64,000 bases of DNA from an uncultured Planctomycetaceae bacterium (GTDB taxonomy: Bacteria; Planctomycetota; Planctomycetia; Isosphaerales; Isosphaeraceae), in the NCBI GenBank assembly GCA_963833985.1, contig CAWIAD010000002.1, forward strand, positions 544,001-608,000, written 5' to 3'. The position numbers were made by a program, and so were the translations under genes. This document shows positions 30,322 through 40,276 of the stretch, in pieces. The stretch's first letter is position 1. Every line of letters begins with the position of its first letter. The notes under the pieces were generated by a model, which worked only from the letters and a program-made list of their open reading frames with translations, ran no database searches and was not told where the DNA came from.

Positions 30322-31286
30322 GGGTTATTCCATGACTCATCCCGGCCAGGGAAACCCAGGAATCATCGAGCCCGCCGGCCCCACCGATCCGCAGGTCGGT
30401 GTGCTGGGTGTCTGGAACCAGGAAGGCAAGCTCTCCGGCTGCCTCGTCAATTTTGCCTGTCATGCCACGACCGGGCCGGGCGGAATATCGGCCGACTACG
30501 TTCATTATGTGGAGAAGACGATCCGGGGGCTGCTGGGCGAACAGGCGATCGTGGTCTTCTTGCCAGGCGCTGCCGGCGACGTGACCCAGGTGAATAATCG
30601 CAGTCCCTACCAGATCAAGCAATTCGGCGAGACCTCCGCGCGGTTCGTGGGCGGGCGAGTGGGCGCCGAGGCCGTGAAGGTCTTGCTCGATCTCGAGCAG
30701 GGAGCCGGACCGCTCGGACCTCTGGCGGCCAGGAGCCGGGAATTGCGAATACCACGCCGGCCGCCGTCGCGCGCACCTGGCGCGGGCTCTGGAGCTTGTC
30801 AAGAAGGACCCCGGCACCGTGGACGCCACGGAGTGGATCTTCGCCAAGGAGACGGTTCTGCTCGATGCCCGGAAGGCCCGCGAGCCGGAAGCGGCGGTCG
30901 AGGTGCAGGCTTTGCAGGTCGGGCCGGTCGTCTTGCTGGTTTGCCCGGCCGAATACTTCTGCCAGTTCGGTCTGGACCTGAAGGCACGCAGCCCGTTCCC
31001 GTTCACCTTCCCGGTCTCGCTCGCCAACGACGCGATCGGCTACGTCCCCACCGAGGAGGCCATGGGTCCGCGCGGTGGTGGCTATGAAACCCGTTTGACG
31101 AGCTACAGCAACCTCGAGCCAGGCGCAGGGCGGCGAATCGCCGACGCCCTGATCGAGCTGTCTCGAGGACTGATGCCCGGACTGATTCCCACACCTCCGG
31201 CACGACCGCCCTTTCGAGGCCAGCCCTGGTCCTATGGCAACTTGCCTCCTCAGCTCGATTGACCGAGATCCGCCCTCGCGAAGCGA

Positions 31287-33122
31287 TCAGGGCCGCTGGC
31301 AGTGGGCCGTGAGCGTCTGCCTGGTGCCGTTGAGCAGGACGACGGCTTGAAGGTCAAAGCTCATCCCGGGTCTGATATCGCTGTAGGTATTGCCGAAGAG
31401 GTCGAACGATTGCCGGCCGGAGAACTCGTCCACGCGGCCGTTCGTGTGGGAGACCACGAGCACGTTGTCTCCCTGGTGGACGGCGATCGGCCAGTGGGTC
31501 GGGTCGGGGCGCATCATCCAGCGACGGCCGTTGCTGGCGCTGATGGTCAGTTCCTCGAGAGAGCTTCTCGGGGGGAAGTCGATCACCGCCAGGAAATGCT
31601 GGTCCTTGGTCCCGTCGGCGTGGCCGGGGTCCTCGTTTTCTTTGTGCCCGCCAACGAAATCTCTGGACTCGTCAAGCCAGAGGAAGCTCACGATCGAGGG
31701 CGTGGTGACGGGCGCTGTGGATGCGGGTGCGGGTGCGCTTGCGGGCTTCTCCGGTGCGGCGGGCTGGGGCTGGGAAGCCGGCATGCGCGCCTGAACCTGG
31801 GCGATCTCTTCGGCCGTGGGCGGAGCGACGTCGAGCTCGATGCGCCGGCCCTTCACGCTTCGCACCGTGCCGAAGTTGATCTTGTCCGCGTAAGCCCGGG
31901 CGCTGTAGACCGGCGTCAGCTTGAGCCGAGATGTCTTGTTTTCGGTGCCCCAGCTCGATCCGCCGGAGTGTGAATAGTCCACGAGAGCTGTGGCTTTCTT
32001 GAGGATGAGCTGCTGCTGCGCCTGGTCCGAGATCTCCTTCATGATCAGGAGGACGGAGGGGCGTGACATGTCGTTGCCCCATTCGCGATCGAACTGCTGC
32101 CGTGCCTGGTTGATGCCCGCCATGAGCTTGTCGAAGTTCCCCTGGATGCCGTCCGTCCGCATCAAGATGTTCAGCTCGCGCGCCGCCATGTCCGCGTTCT
32201 TCTTGAGCTCTGTATTCACCACGTAGGTGAGGGCCGCCTTCTCCGCGGGCTCCAGCTTCGGCAGGCTTGCACCCTTCTGTGCCGCGGCGTCGAGCTTTGC
32301 CGACGCTTCGCCGACTTCTTGCTTCGCCCGCTCAAAGGTCTGGGGGTTCCGCATTCCTTTGTACCCCTGCGCCATCGCCATGAACGCCTGGGCCATCTCC
32401 ACGATCGCTTCCTGGTGCTGCTCTACGAGAGTTAGCCGGTCAGGGGCGATATCGGGTGCATCGAGCTCCGGATCGCCCGCGCTGTGCGCCGCGGGATCGT
32501 TGGGGCTCTCTGACGATGTGCCGACCAGTTGCACGCCCGCTTTCCAGGCTCGGGGAAAAAGACTCGAGAAGGTCCAGCCCAGGAGAATGAGCAAGCCGGC
32601 AACGGCCACCATCTTGACGCGGTAGACCAGCCAGTTTTTCAACGCGGGCGCAGGGGTACTCGCATCGGGTTGTCGGTCCTCCGGCTGCGATTCGCGACGC
32701 GACGCCGCGGTCGGCCCGGGAATCTCTTCGGAACCCGCGCCGGCTGTCACAGGGAGCGGCGGTTCGTCCTCGACCAGCGAGTACGCGCTCTCCTCTTCTT
32801 CAACCGCGCACCAGGGCTCATCGTGCTCGGCCTGCGCCCGCTCACCGGTTCTACGTTCAGGAACCCGGAAAACCTCGCCGCACTGCTTGCAGCGAGCCTT
32901 CTTGCCGGCGAGATTCGCGGCCAGGCGAAAGCCGTATCCGCACCGAGGACAGGGAAAGTTCAGCTCGGATTCCCCGCGCGTTGCGGACGTGTTCTCGGTC
33001 TGTGCGGCCGGAATCCGCATCACGGAGTCACATTCCTTGCACCTGGCCTTCTTGCCGGCCAGGTCGGCCTGAACCTGATAATTGCGACCGCAGCCGGGGC
33101 AAGCGAATGAGATCTCCGCCAT
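31287..33122 (-). CDS. Membrane-anchored protein with two N-terminal zinc ribbons, function unknown
   Basis: CPGCG...LAGKKARCKEC and CPRCG...LAGKKARCKQC; one TM helix; Pro/Ala linker. Confidence 0.7.
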   Translation of the reverse strand: MAEISFACPGCGRNYQVQADLAGKKARCKECDSVMRIPAAQTENTSATRGESELNFPCPRCGYGFRLAANLAGKKARCKQCGEVFRVPERRTGERAQAEHDEPWCAVEEEESAYSLVEDEPPLPVTAGAGSEEIPGPTAASRRESQPEDRQPDASTPAPALKNWLVYRVKMVAVAGLLILLGWTFSSLFPRAWKAGVQLVGTSSESPNDPAAHSAGDPELDAPDIAPDRLTLVEQHQEAIVEMAQAFMAMAQGYKGMRNPQTFERAKQEVGEASAKLDAAAQKGASLPKLEPAEKAALTYVVNTELKKNADMAARELNILMRTDGIQGNFDKLMAGINQARQQFDREWGNDMSRPSVLLIMKEISDQAQQQLILKKATALVDYSHSGGSSWGTENKTSRLKLTPVYSARAYADKINFGTVRSVKGRRIELDVAPPTAEEIAQVQARMPASQPQPAAPEKPASAPAPASTAPVTTPSIVSFLWLDESRDFVGGHKENEDPGHADGTKDQHFLAVIDFPPRSSLEELTISASNGRRWMMRPDPTHWPIAVHQGDNVLVVSHTNGRVDEFSGRQSFDLFGNTYSDIRPGMSFDLQAVVLLNGTRQTLTAHCQRP

Positions 33123-33500
33123 GGTTCAACCTGAGAGTCAAGAACGATGGATCTGCGGGATGCTTGCAGGCTGATCCTGCATCGAATCATCCCGTGATGG
33201 TCTTGAAGGATGATCTTTTCTGCCGGGGATCGATGGTGTCAAGAGCCTGACCGGCGGGCCGGAGAAGTTCTTTCATAACGGGTTTCTCGCCCATGAGACA
33301 CAAGCATTACGAGACAGGTCGGTCCAGCTCCTTCGATGGGATGGTCGGCCCCTTGAGCAAACGCATTCCCGGGCTGGAATCGTCTCTCGTGGGCACCTGG
33401 TTTGCGGCAGGAAGATAGTCAAGTGACCGGCTGACAAGGACTCCAGCGGCCGGCCCATTCGAGCCCAAGTTCATGAGCACTCTGATGCGAGGAACTTCTG

Positions 33501-34091
33501 ATGGATCCGCTGACTGGAACGATTGACAAGCTGGAAAAAGCCCTGGGACACAGCCCGCACCCGGCGGTCGTCACGCTGCCGATCGGGGCCTGGATGGTAA
33601 GCAACATCTCCGACGGACTGTCCGTACTTACTGGTGATGACGCGTACGAAGACACAGCAAGGGTCAGCATGGCCATTGGCCTTGTGGGCGCCGCGGGTGC
33701 GGCGATGACCGGCCTGCGTGACTATGGTTTCATCCCCCAGGACCGGCAGCCCAACCACGACGTCGCAACGACACACGGCCTGGGTAATGCGCTTGCCGGA
33801 ACCCTGTTCATCACCAGCTACGTGCTGCGCTCGAGAGAACATGCCGCCGGGTACCGTGCTGGTATGCTTTCACGCTTGCTCTCGCTTGCGGGTGGAACTC
33901 TTGCGATGTACACGGCCTGGCTTGGCGGCAAGCTCGTCGAGGAATACGGCGAGGCGGTCAAGCCGGTGATGAATCAGCCGAAGGCGGAGCCGAGACAGAT
34001 CGAAGCCGAGAATCAAGGCACGCAACATGAACGGGGCGAAAACGGATCACGCGGCCGTCGCCAGGGAAGCACGCAGCGCCGGGGCCGTTGA
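33501..34091 (+). CDS. DUF2231-like membrane protein
   Basis: HPAVVTLPIGAW, TGLRD, THGLGN, WLGGKLV..YG. Confidence 0.75.
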   Translation: MDPLTGTIDKLEKALGHSPHPAVVTLPIGAWMVSNISDGLSVLTGDDAYEDTARVSMAIGLVGAAGAAMTGLRDYGFIPQDRQPNHDVATTHGLGNALAGTLFITSYVLRSREHAAGYRAGMLSRLLSLAGGTLAMYTAWLGGKLVEEYGEAVKPVMNQPKAEPRQIEAENQGTQHERGENGSRGRRQGSTQRRGR

Positions 34092-34114
34092 TCACCCGGT
34101 TCGAGTGTGCGGCC

Positions 34115-36079
34115 TCAGTGATCGCGGCCAATTGGTCCGCTCCGCCAGGGATGCTCGCGGCTGAATGGAACGGCCCGAACCGGGGTGACGCGCAGCCATG
34201 AGCGGTACGCCGTGCCATCAAACCCCGCGCTCGCGAAGTCGCACAGAGCAACCGCTCCGTGCTCTGTTGCGGCCCGCACCAGGACGATCGGCGGCTGGCC
34301 TCCGTTCCAGGAGGTCAGCGGCAAGCTCGGAGCGGACAGGTCAATCGTGTCCGGGTCGCTGCCCCGGCCCGGGTTGAACCGCGGATCATAAGTCAGCAGG
34401 ATCGGCCCCCGGTACAGTGAAGCGCGTCCGGCACATTGCTGTTCGCCAGCCCAGGCATGGAGTGTCAGGTCCAGCTCCAGCGCGATCAGATCGCCGGGCG
34501 TCCAGGCGCGGTTCAGATCGAGGTAAGTTCCCGGCTTCGCGCCTTCCTGGAGATCGCCGTTCAGCTTCACGATCGTACGCGTGGACCAGTGAGGAATGCG
34601 GAGCCGCAAGCGGAATGAACTCTTCTCCCCGGGCGAGACGCGGATCTTGACCAGGCCGGTCCTGGGATAATCGGTTTGGATCGCCAGTTCGACCGGCGCT
34701 CCCCGGGCAAGCCGCGCCTGGAGCCGGCCCGGCCCGTACCAGTTCAGAACCAGACCATCGTCCCGCGGTGTCCTCATCACGGCCCACTCGGAAAGCAGTC
34801 CCAGCCCCCGCGCAGCGTTCACGCTGCAACAGTTCAGCTCGGGAGAGCCAGGACGGCACTGAAAGCCAATCTCGTGAAAGTTCGCCTTGCGGTCTCCGTC
34901 CATCGGTGTGTTGTACGTGCTCCACCGGCCCGATGGCGAGAACAACCCGAGCCCTGAATTGAAGGTCGAAAGCTCCAGTTCGTCGGCCGCGATGGAATCC
35001 CCGGTGAGCCGCAGCATCTCGACGGTCATGGCCATCCAGGCGATCGTGCAGCAGGTCTCGATGGCTCCGGGATGGTAAGGATTGCCCTGAGCCTGCTCGC
35101 CCGAGGAAAACCCGCCGTTGTTGTGCCGGTCGAGCCGGGCGATGCTCCACCACAGATTCCTGAAGGCTTCGCCAGACCGTGAATCAGCGTCGATCCGGGA
35201 GAGCGCCGCCAGGGCAAGCACGGGGTGCAAGCTTTCCCAGCGCGGTTTGGGAAGGCGGTAGAACTCTTCGCCCGCGAGGCCACGACGCAGATAGTCTCCG
35301 GCCAAGGGCAGCCCCCGGTCGTCGGTGGCGGCAAACTCCCCCACGAGCTGGCGAGCGAGGTCAAGGTACCGCTTTTCACCGGTCTTGTCGTACAGCAGGC
35401 ACAGCCCGTGCGCAGGGGCGAGGTTCATCTCGGTCGAGCCGGTATCGACGAGTCGTGGCCGCTTCTCCCCCAGAAAGGTCGCGCACAATAGATCGCCGAT
35501 CTTGCGGGCAGCCGCCATTGCATTCGGGTCGCCCGTGGCGTCATGCCAGAGCAGCAACCCGAGCAGCACATGGTAATGTCCCCAGGCGTCCCAGGTGGCT
35601 CCGTTTTTTCCGCCGATGTTGGGTGCTGAGCCGGTCAGGTGGTGGCCCGCGGGAAATGGGCCCAGGTACCCATCGGGATCTTGCAATGAGACAAGCTCGG
35701 CGACGAAGTTCTGAAGCTGGGATCGCAACCTCGGGTCGCCGGACACGCGCAAGACCTGGGTCGCACCCGTCAAATACTTGCCGGCAAACTCGCCCGACCA
35801 GGGGAGCAGGTCGCGGTAAGGAGCCCGGTCACGATTGCTGAACATGGCCAGCAATGCCGGATTCGCCTCGGGCGCCGGCAGAAGCCAGTTGCGAGTCAGG
35901 GCATCGAGGTAGACTCGCACAGGGCCTTCGAGCGTCATGTGCACATCCCCCGCGGCCATCGGCACGACGGGCGCAGCAGGCTCTGCCGCGGCCAGCGGCG
36001 ACTGAACGCCTGCGAGCAAGGCAATGAGCGGGAGGCACTGCCAACCCTGTCCAGCGCGCAACGACCTGGTGAAAAACAT
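34115..36079 (-). CDS. GH127-like beta-L-arabinofuranosidase domain protein, secreted
   Basis: GEFAGKYL, ETCCT, LNCC..N.ARG, LRLRIPHWS, YRGPILL; start uncertain (ORF track 36208). Confidence 0.8.
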   Translation of the reverse strand: MFFTRSLRAGQGWQCLPLIALLAGVQSPLAAAEPAAPVVPMAAGDVHMTLEGPVRVYLDALTRNWLLPAPEANPALLAMFSNRDRAPYRDLLPWSGEFAGKYLTGATQVLRVSGDPRLRSQLQNFVAELVSLQDPDGYLGPFPAGHHLTGSAPNIGGKNGATWDAWGHYHVLLGLLLWHDATGDPNAMAAARKIGDLLCATFLGEKRPRLVDTGSTEMNLAPAHGLCLLYDKTGEKRYLDLARQLVGEFAATDDRGLPLAGDYLRRGLAGEEFYRLPKPRWESLHPVLALAALSRIDADSRSGEAFRNLWWSIARLDRHNNGGFSSGEQAQGNPYHPGAIETCCTIAWMAMTVEMLRLTGDSIAADELELSTFNSGLGLFSPSGRWSTYNTPMDGDRKANFHEIGFQCRPGSPELNCCSVNAARGLGLLSEWAVMRTPRDDGLVLNWYGPGRLQARLARGAPVELAIQTDYPRTGLVKIRVSPGEKSSFRLRLRIPHWSTRTIVKLNGDLQEGAKPGTYLDLNRAWTPGDLIALELDLTLHAWAGEQQCAGRASLYRGPILLTYDPRFNPGRGSDPDTIDLSAPSLPLTSWNGGQPPIVLVRAATEHGAVALCDFASAGFDGTAYRSWLRVTPVRAVPFSREHPWRSGPIGRDH

Positions 36080-36283
36080 ATATTCAATTCCTACTTGAGT
36101 GCATCTCACCGCACCGCGCGGCCGCACGGCCATCGAGTCACCGGCCGCAACTATAGGTCCGGATGAAAGCACATGCAACGATGCGGTCGGGGACTCGATC
36201 GGATACACTCAGAAGCCCAGGGTCATCACCGCAAGCAAGGTGCGGTCTTGTTCATAGGGCGCACCGGACGCGAGGAGACAACC

Positions 36284-39102
36284 TTGCTCGATCATCGAAA
36301 GATCCTGCTGGCGAAGGCCGCATTGTTCCTTCTGATCGTCACTGCGCCGGGACTGGTGCGGGCGGCCGACCGCCCCAACATCCTCTGGCTCATCGCCGAA
36401 GACTTCGGCAACCACCTTGGCTGCTGCGGCACACGCGAGGTCTTCACCCCGCATCTCGACCATCTGGCGGCCGAGGGTGTACGCTATTCCCGGTTCTACA
36501 CCACGGCCCCGGTCTGCTCTCCGAGCCGCTCGGCGTTCATGACCGGGATGTACCAGACGACCATCGGCTGCGCATCATCACCGCTCGCACCGCGACGACG
36601 GATACTGCCTGCCGGACGGGGTCCGGCTCTGGACCGAGTGGATCCGTGACGGAGGCTACTTCACGGCGAATGTTCGCGAGCTTCCTGCTGGGATTGGCTT
36701 CCGGGGCACGGCCAAGACAGACTGGAACTTCACTCCACCGAAGCAGCCCTTTGACTCCCAGCGCTGGACGGATTTGATGGCCCATCAACCGTTTGCTGCG
36801 CAGATCAACTTCCAGGAGACGCACCGGCCGTTTCGAGCCCCGCGGCGTGCCGACCCGGCGCGGGTGGAGATCCCCCCCTACGAGCCCGATCACCCCATCA
36901 CGCGGGCGGATCGCGCCGCGTATCTTGACGCGGCCAGCGAGCTGGACCGCAAGGTTGGGCTCGTCCTGAAACAGCTTGAACTCGACGGCCTGGCTGACTC
37001 CACCATCGTGGTCTTCCTCGGCGACAACGGCCAGGTGCACGTCCGGGGCAAGCAGTTCTGCTACGAGGAAGGGCTGAACGTCCCGCTCATCATCCGCTGG
37101 CCCAGCCGGTTTCCCGGGCCGGCGCAGTTCAAGCCGGGAACCGTGGACGACCGCCTGCTCATGGCAATTGACCTGGCGCCCACCATGCTTGCCCTGGCCG
37201 GTGTTCCCGTTCCACGGACGATGCAAGGCCAGGTCTTCCTGGGCGACGCGGCGAAGCCGCCCCGTGAATACGTCTTCGGCGCGCGCGATCGCTGCGACGA
37301 GACGCCGTTCCGGTTTCGCACGGTCCGGGACTATCGCTTTCGCTACATCCGCAACTTCACGCCGGACCGTCCCTTCCTCCAGGCCAACGCCTACAAGGAG
37401 AATTCGTACCCGGTCTGGAATCTGCTCAAGCAGCTTCACGCGCAGCGAGCATTGACGCCGGTCCAGGAAACGCTCTGTGCGCCGACGATGCCCGCCGAGG
37501 AGCTCTACGACCTGGGGCACGACCCGCACGAGATCGATAATCTGGCCGGCCGGCCCGAACACCAGCAGACGCTCCAGCGGCTGAGGCGCGTGCTGGAGAG
37601 GTGGATCGATGAGAGCCACGACCAGGGCCGCGTCCCCGAGCCGCCGGAGCTCGTTCTCAGCCTGGGCGTGACCCGGCCAGGCACTCCTCCGCTGAAGAAT
37701 TACGCCCTGCCCGAGCCGGCCCGGACCAACATCATCTTCATCCTCGCCGACGACCTGGGCTGGGCGGACCTGAGCTGCTATGGAAGCACCTTCTACGAGA
37801 CTCCCCATCTCGACCGCCTGGCCGCGCGGGGCGTTCGGTTCACGCAGGCCTACGCGGCCTGCCCGGTCTGCTCGCCTTCGCGCGCGGCTGCCCTCACCGG
37901 CAAGTATCCGGCACGCATCGGGCTGACGGATTTCATCGGGGGCAGCCGGCGCGGGAAGCTCAGACCCGCTCCCTACCTGCACCAGTTGCCGCTGGAAGAG
38001 TCCACCGTGGCCGTAGCTCTCTGCGCAGCCGGCTACGTGACGGGTTTCGTCGGAAAATGGCACCTCGGCGGCCAGGGCTTCGGACCGCTCGACCAGGGCT
38101 TCCTGTCGAACGTGGCCGGCTGCTCCGCGGGAGCGCCCAGCACTTACTTCAGTCCCTACGGGATCCCCACGCTGAGCGATGGTCCGAAGGGTGAGTACCT
38201 CACCGATCGGCTGGGAGCGGAGGCGGACCGGTTTCTCAGAGAGCATCGGGCCGAGCCGTTCCTGCTCTGGTATTGCCCCTACGCGGTGCATATACCATTG
38301 CAGGCGAAGCCGCAGCTTGTGGCCAGGTTCGAGACCAGGGCCAAGGAGATCAGGCACGACGGCCAACCGCGCTTCCGCCCGGAGGGAACGCACCGGGATC
38401 GACGGGTTCAGGATCATGCCGTTTACGCGGCGATGCTCGCGAGCCTGGACGAATCCGTGGGAGCCATCGTCAGGACGCTCGAGGAACTCGGGATCGCCGA
38501 CAGGACGCTCATCGTCTTCACCTCCGACAACGGTGGGCTCTCCACGGCCGAAGGGCTGCCCACATCGAACGCGCCGCTGCGCCGGTAAGGGCTGGTTGTA
38601 TGAAGGCGGTATTCGCGTTCCCCTGATCATCAAGGGCCCTGGCGTACAACGTCCTGGACAAACCTGCGACGTACCTGTCGTGACGACGGACCTGGCGGCG
38701 ACCATGGTCGACACCGCGGGACTCCCGGGAGGCTCCATCAGCGCGTCCGACGGCGTGAGCCTCGCTTCATTGCTCGCGGGAAGTGGCGAGCCTGCCCGCG
38801 AATCCGTCTTCTGGCACTATCCCCACTACAGCAACCAGGGAGGCCTGCCGGGAGGTGCCATCCGCCAGGGCGACTGGAAGCTCATCGAGTTTTACGAGGA
38901 CAACCGGATCGAGCTCTACAACCTCGCGCAAGACCCAGGCGAGCGGAGCGACCTGGCCGCGCGCGAGCCGGCGATTGCGAACAAGCTGCGCCAGCGGCTG
39001 CGTTCCTGGCGCACGGCCATGAAGGCCAAGATGCCGGCGCCTGACCCCGCACCCCGCGAAAAGGCCGCCGGGCCACAGCCTCAGCCCGGCACGAAGCAAT
39101 AG
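36284..39102 (+). CDS. Tandem two-domain sulfatase (frameshifts near 36568 and 38581)
   Basis: RPNILWLIAED...PVCSPSR and, in frame after a linker, TNIIFILADDLG...PVCSPSR; GKWHLG, SDNGG, GKGWLYEGGIRVP, ELYNL..DP.E. Confidence 0.88.
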
Positions 39103-39104
39103 CT

Positions 39105-40163
39105 TCAGTTTTCCCGGACCGCTGCCTCGGCCGGCACGATCTGGAGCGCCAGGATCTCGGGCCTGCGCAGGACCCGCACGGGAACCTTCAAGCCCACGCG
39201 CTCCTCGGTGAGCAAGCGGTGCAGGTCGTCGATGCCGCTCACCGCATGGCCGTCGAGCCCCAGGATCACGTCGCCCTCTTCCAGCCCCGCCCGCTCGGCC
39301 GGTCCGCCGGGATCGAGTCCCACCACCAGCACGCCACCGCGTTGCTCGGACCCCTTGCGATCGGCCAGTCCCGCGGGCAGGGGAACCGTCTGCACGGCGA
39401 TGCCGATGCGCGCCCGCTTCACGCGGCCGTCCCGGATCAGCCGGCCGGCGACGAACTTGGCCGTGTTGATCGCGATCGCGAAGCAGATTCCCTGGGCCGG
39501 CAAGATCATGGCCGTGTTCACGCCGATGACGTGACCCCGCGAATCGACGAGTGGACCGCCCGAGTTGCCGGGATTCAAAGCCGCGTCGGTCTGGAGCACG
39601 TCATCGATGAGCCGCCCCGAACCGGCGCGGAGCGATCGGCCGAGGGCACTGACGACCCCGGCGGTCACCGAACTCTGGAACCCGTACGGATGGCCGATCG
39701 CCAGCGCGATCTGTCCCACGCGTACCTTCTTGGAATCTCCGAGTGCGGCCGGGACAAGGTCGTTCGCGTGCACCCGGATCACGGCCAGGTCGGTCTCGGG
39801 GTCGTCACCGATCAGGCTTGCCTGATGCTCGCTGGCGTCGGCCAGCGTGACTTCAAGCCGGTCGGCCCCGTGCACGACGTGGCTGTTGGTCAGGATGTAA
39901 CCGCTGGACGTGAACACGAACCCCGACCCGGTCCCGCGGTTCGAGCGGCCGCGGCCCGAATGCGCGTAGTGGGCCTCGATGTGAACCACCGACGGCCCCA
40001 CGCGCTCCGCGGCGCCCACGACGGCCTGCGAATAGGCGTCGAGCAACTCCACATCGTCTCGATCACCCGCCACAGCGGCACTGACCGCCCGGCGAGTTTC
40101 AACCTGCCGATCACTGGCCGGCTCGGTCCAGACTTCGTCCCAATCGATTGTGCTTGCGACCAT
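39105..40163 (-). CDS. HtrA/DegP-like trypsin serine protease with PDZ domain
   Basis: GTGSGF, LTNSHVV, TDLAV, QTDAALNPGNSGGPL, GPAERAGL..GDVI. Confidence 0.92.
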   Translation of the reverse strand: MVASTIDWDEVWTEPASDRQVETRRAVSAAVAGDRDDVELLDAYSQAVVGAAERVGPSVVHIEAHYAHSGRGRSNRGTGSGFVFTSSGYILTNSHVVHGADRLEVTLADASEHQASLIGDDPETDLAVIRVHANDLVPAALGDSKKVRVGQIALAIGHPYGFQSSVTAGVVSALGRSLRAGSGRLIDDVLQTDAALNPGNSGGPLVDSRGHVIGVNTAMILPAQGICFAIAINTAKFVAGRLIRDGRVKRARIGIAVQTVPLPAGLADRKGSEQRGGVLVVGLDPGGPAERAGLEEGDVILGLDGHAVSGIDDLHRLLTEERVGLKVPVRVLRRPEILALQIVPAEAAVREN

Positions 40164-40276
40164 GACATGGTTCCTCGACAGCTACGTCTCCCGTCGAGGA
40201 AGTGTATGCGCCCCGGGAAGGGAAAGGCAAATCGGCAGAGCCATGTGCGGCGCCAATCACCGGTCTTCGGGACCAA

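Larger units (their letters stand above)
28253..31262 (+). pseudogene. Neutral/alkaline ceramidase-like hydrolase interrupted by an IS231-like element (further frameshift near 30770)
   Basis: ASHTHSG, FNRRFRM..G...THP|GQGNP...GPTDPQV, VNFACHAT, ISADY, GAAGDV, PAEYF, LANDAIGYVPT, GGYET; the frame is restored across the IS when one TSD copy is removed. Confidence 0.85.
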
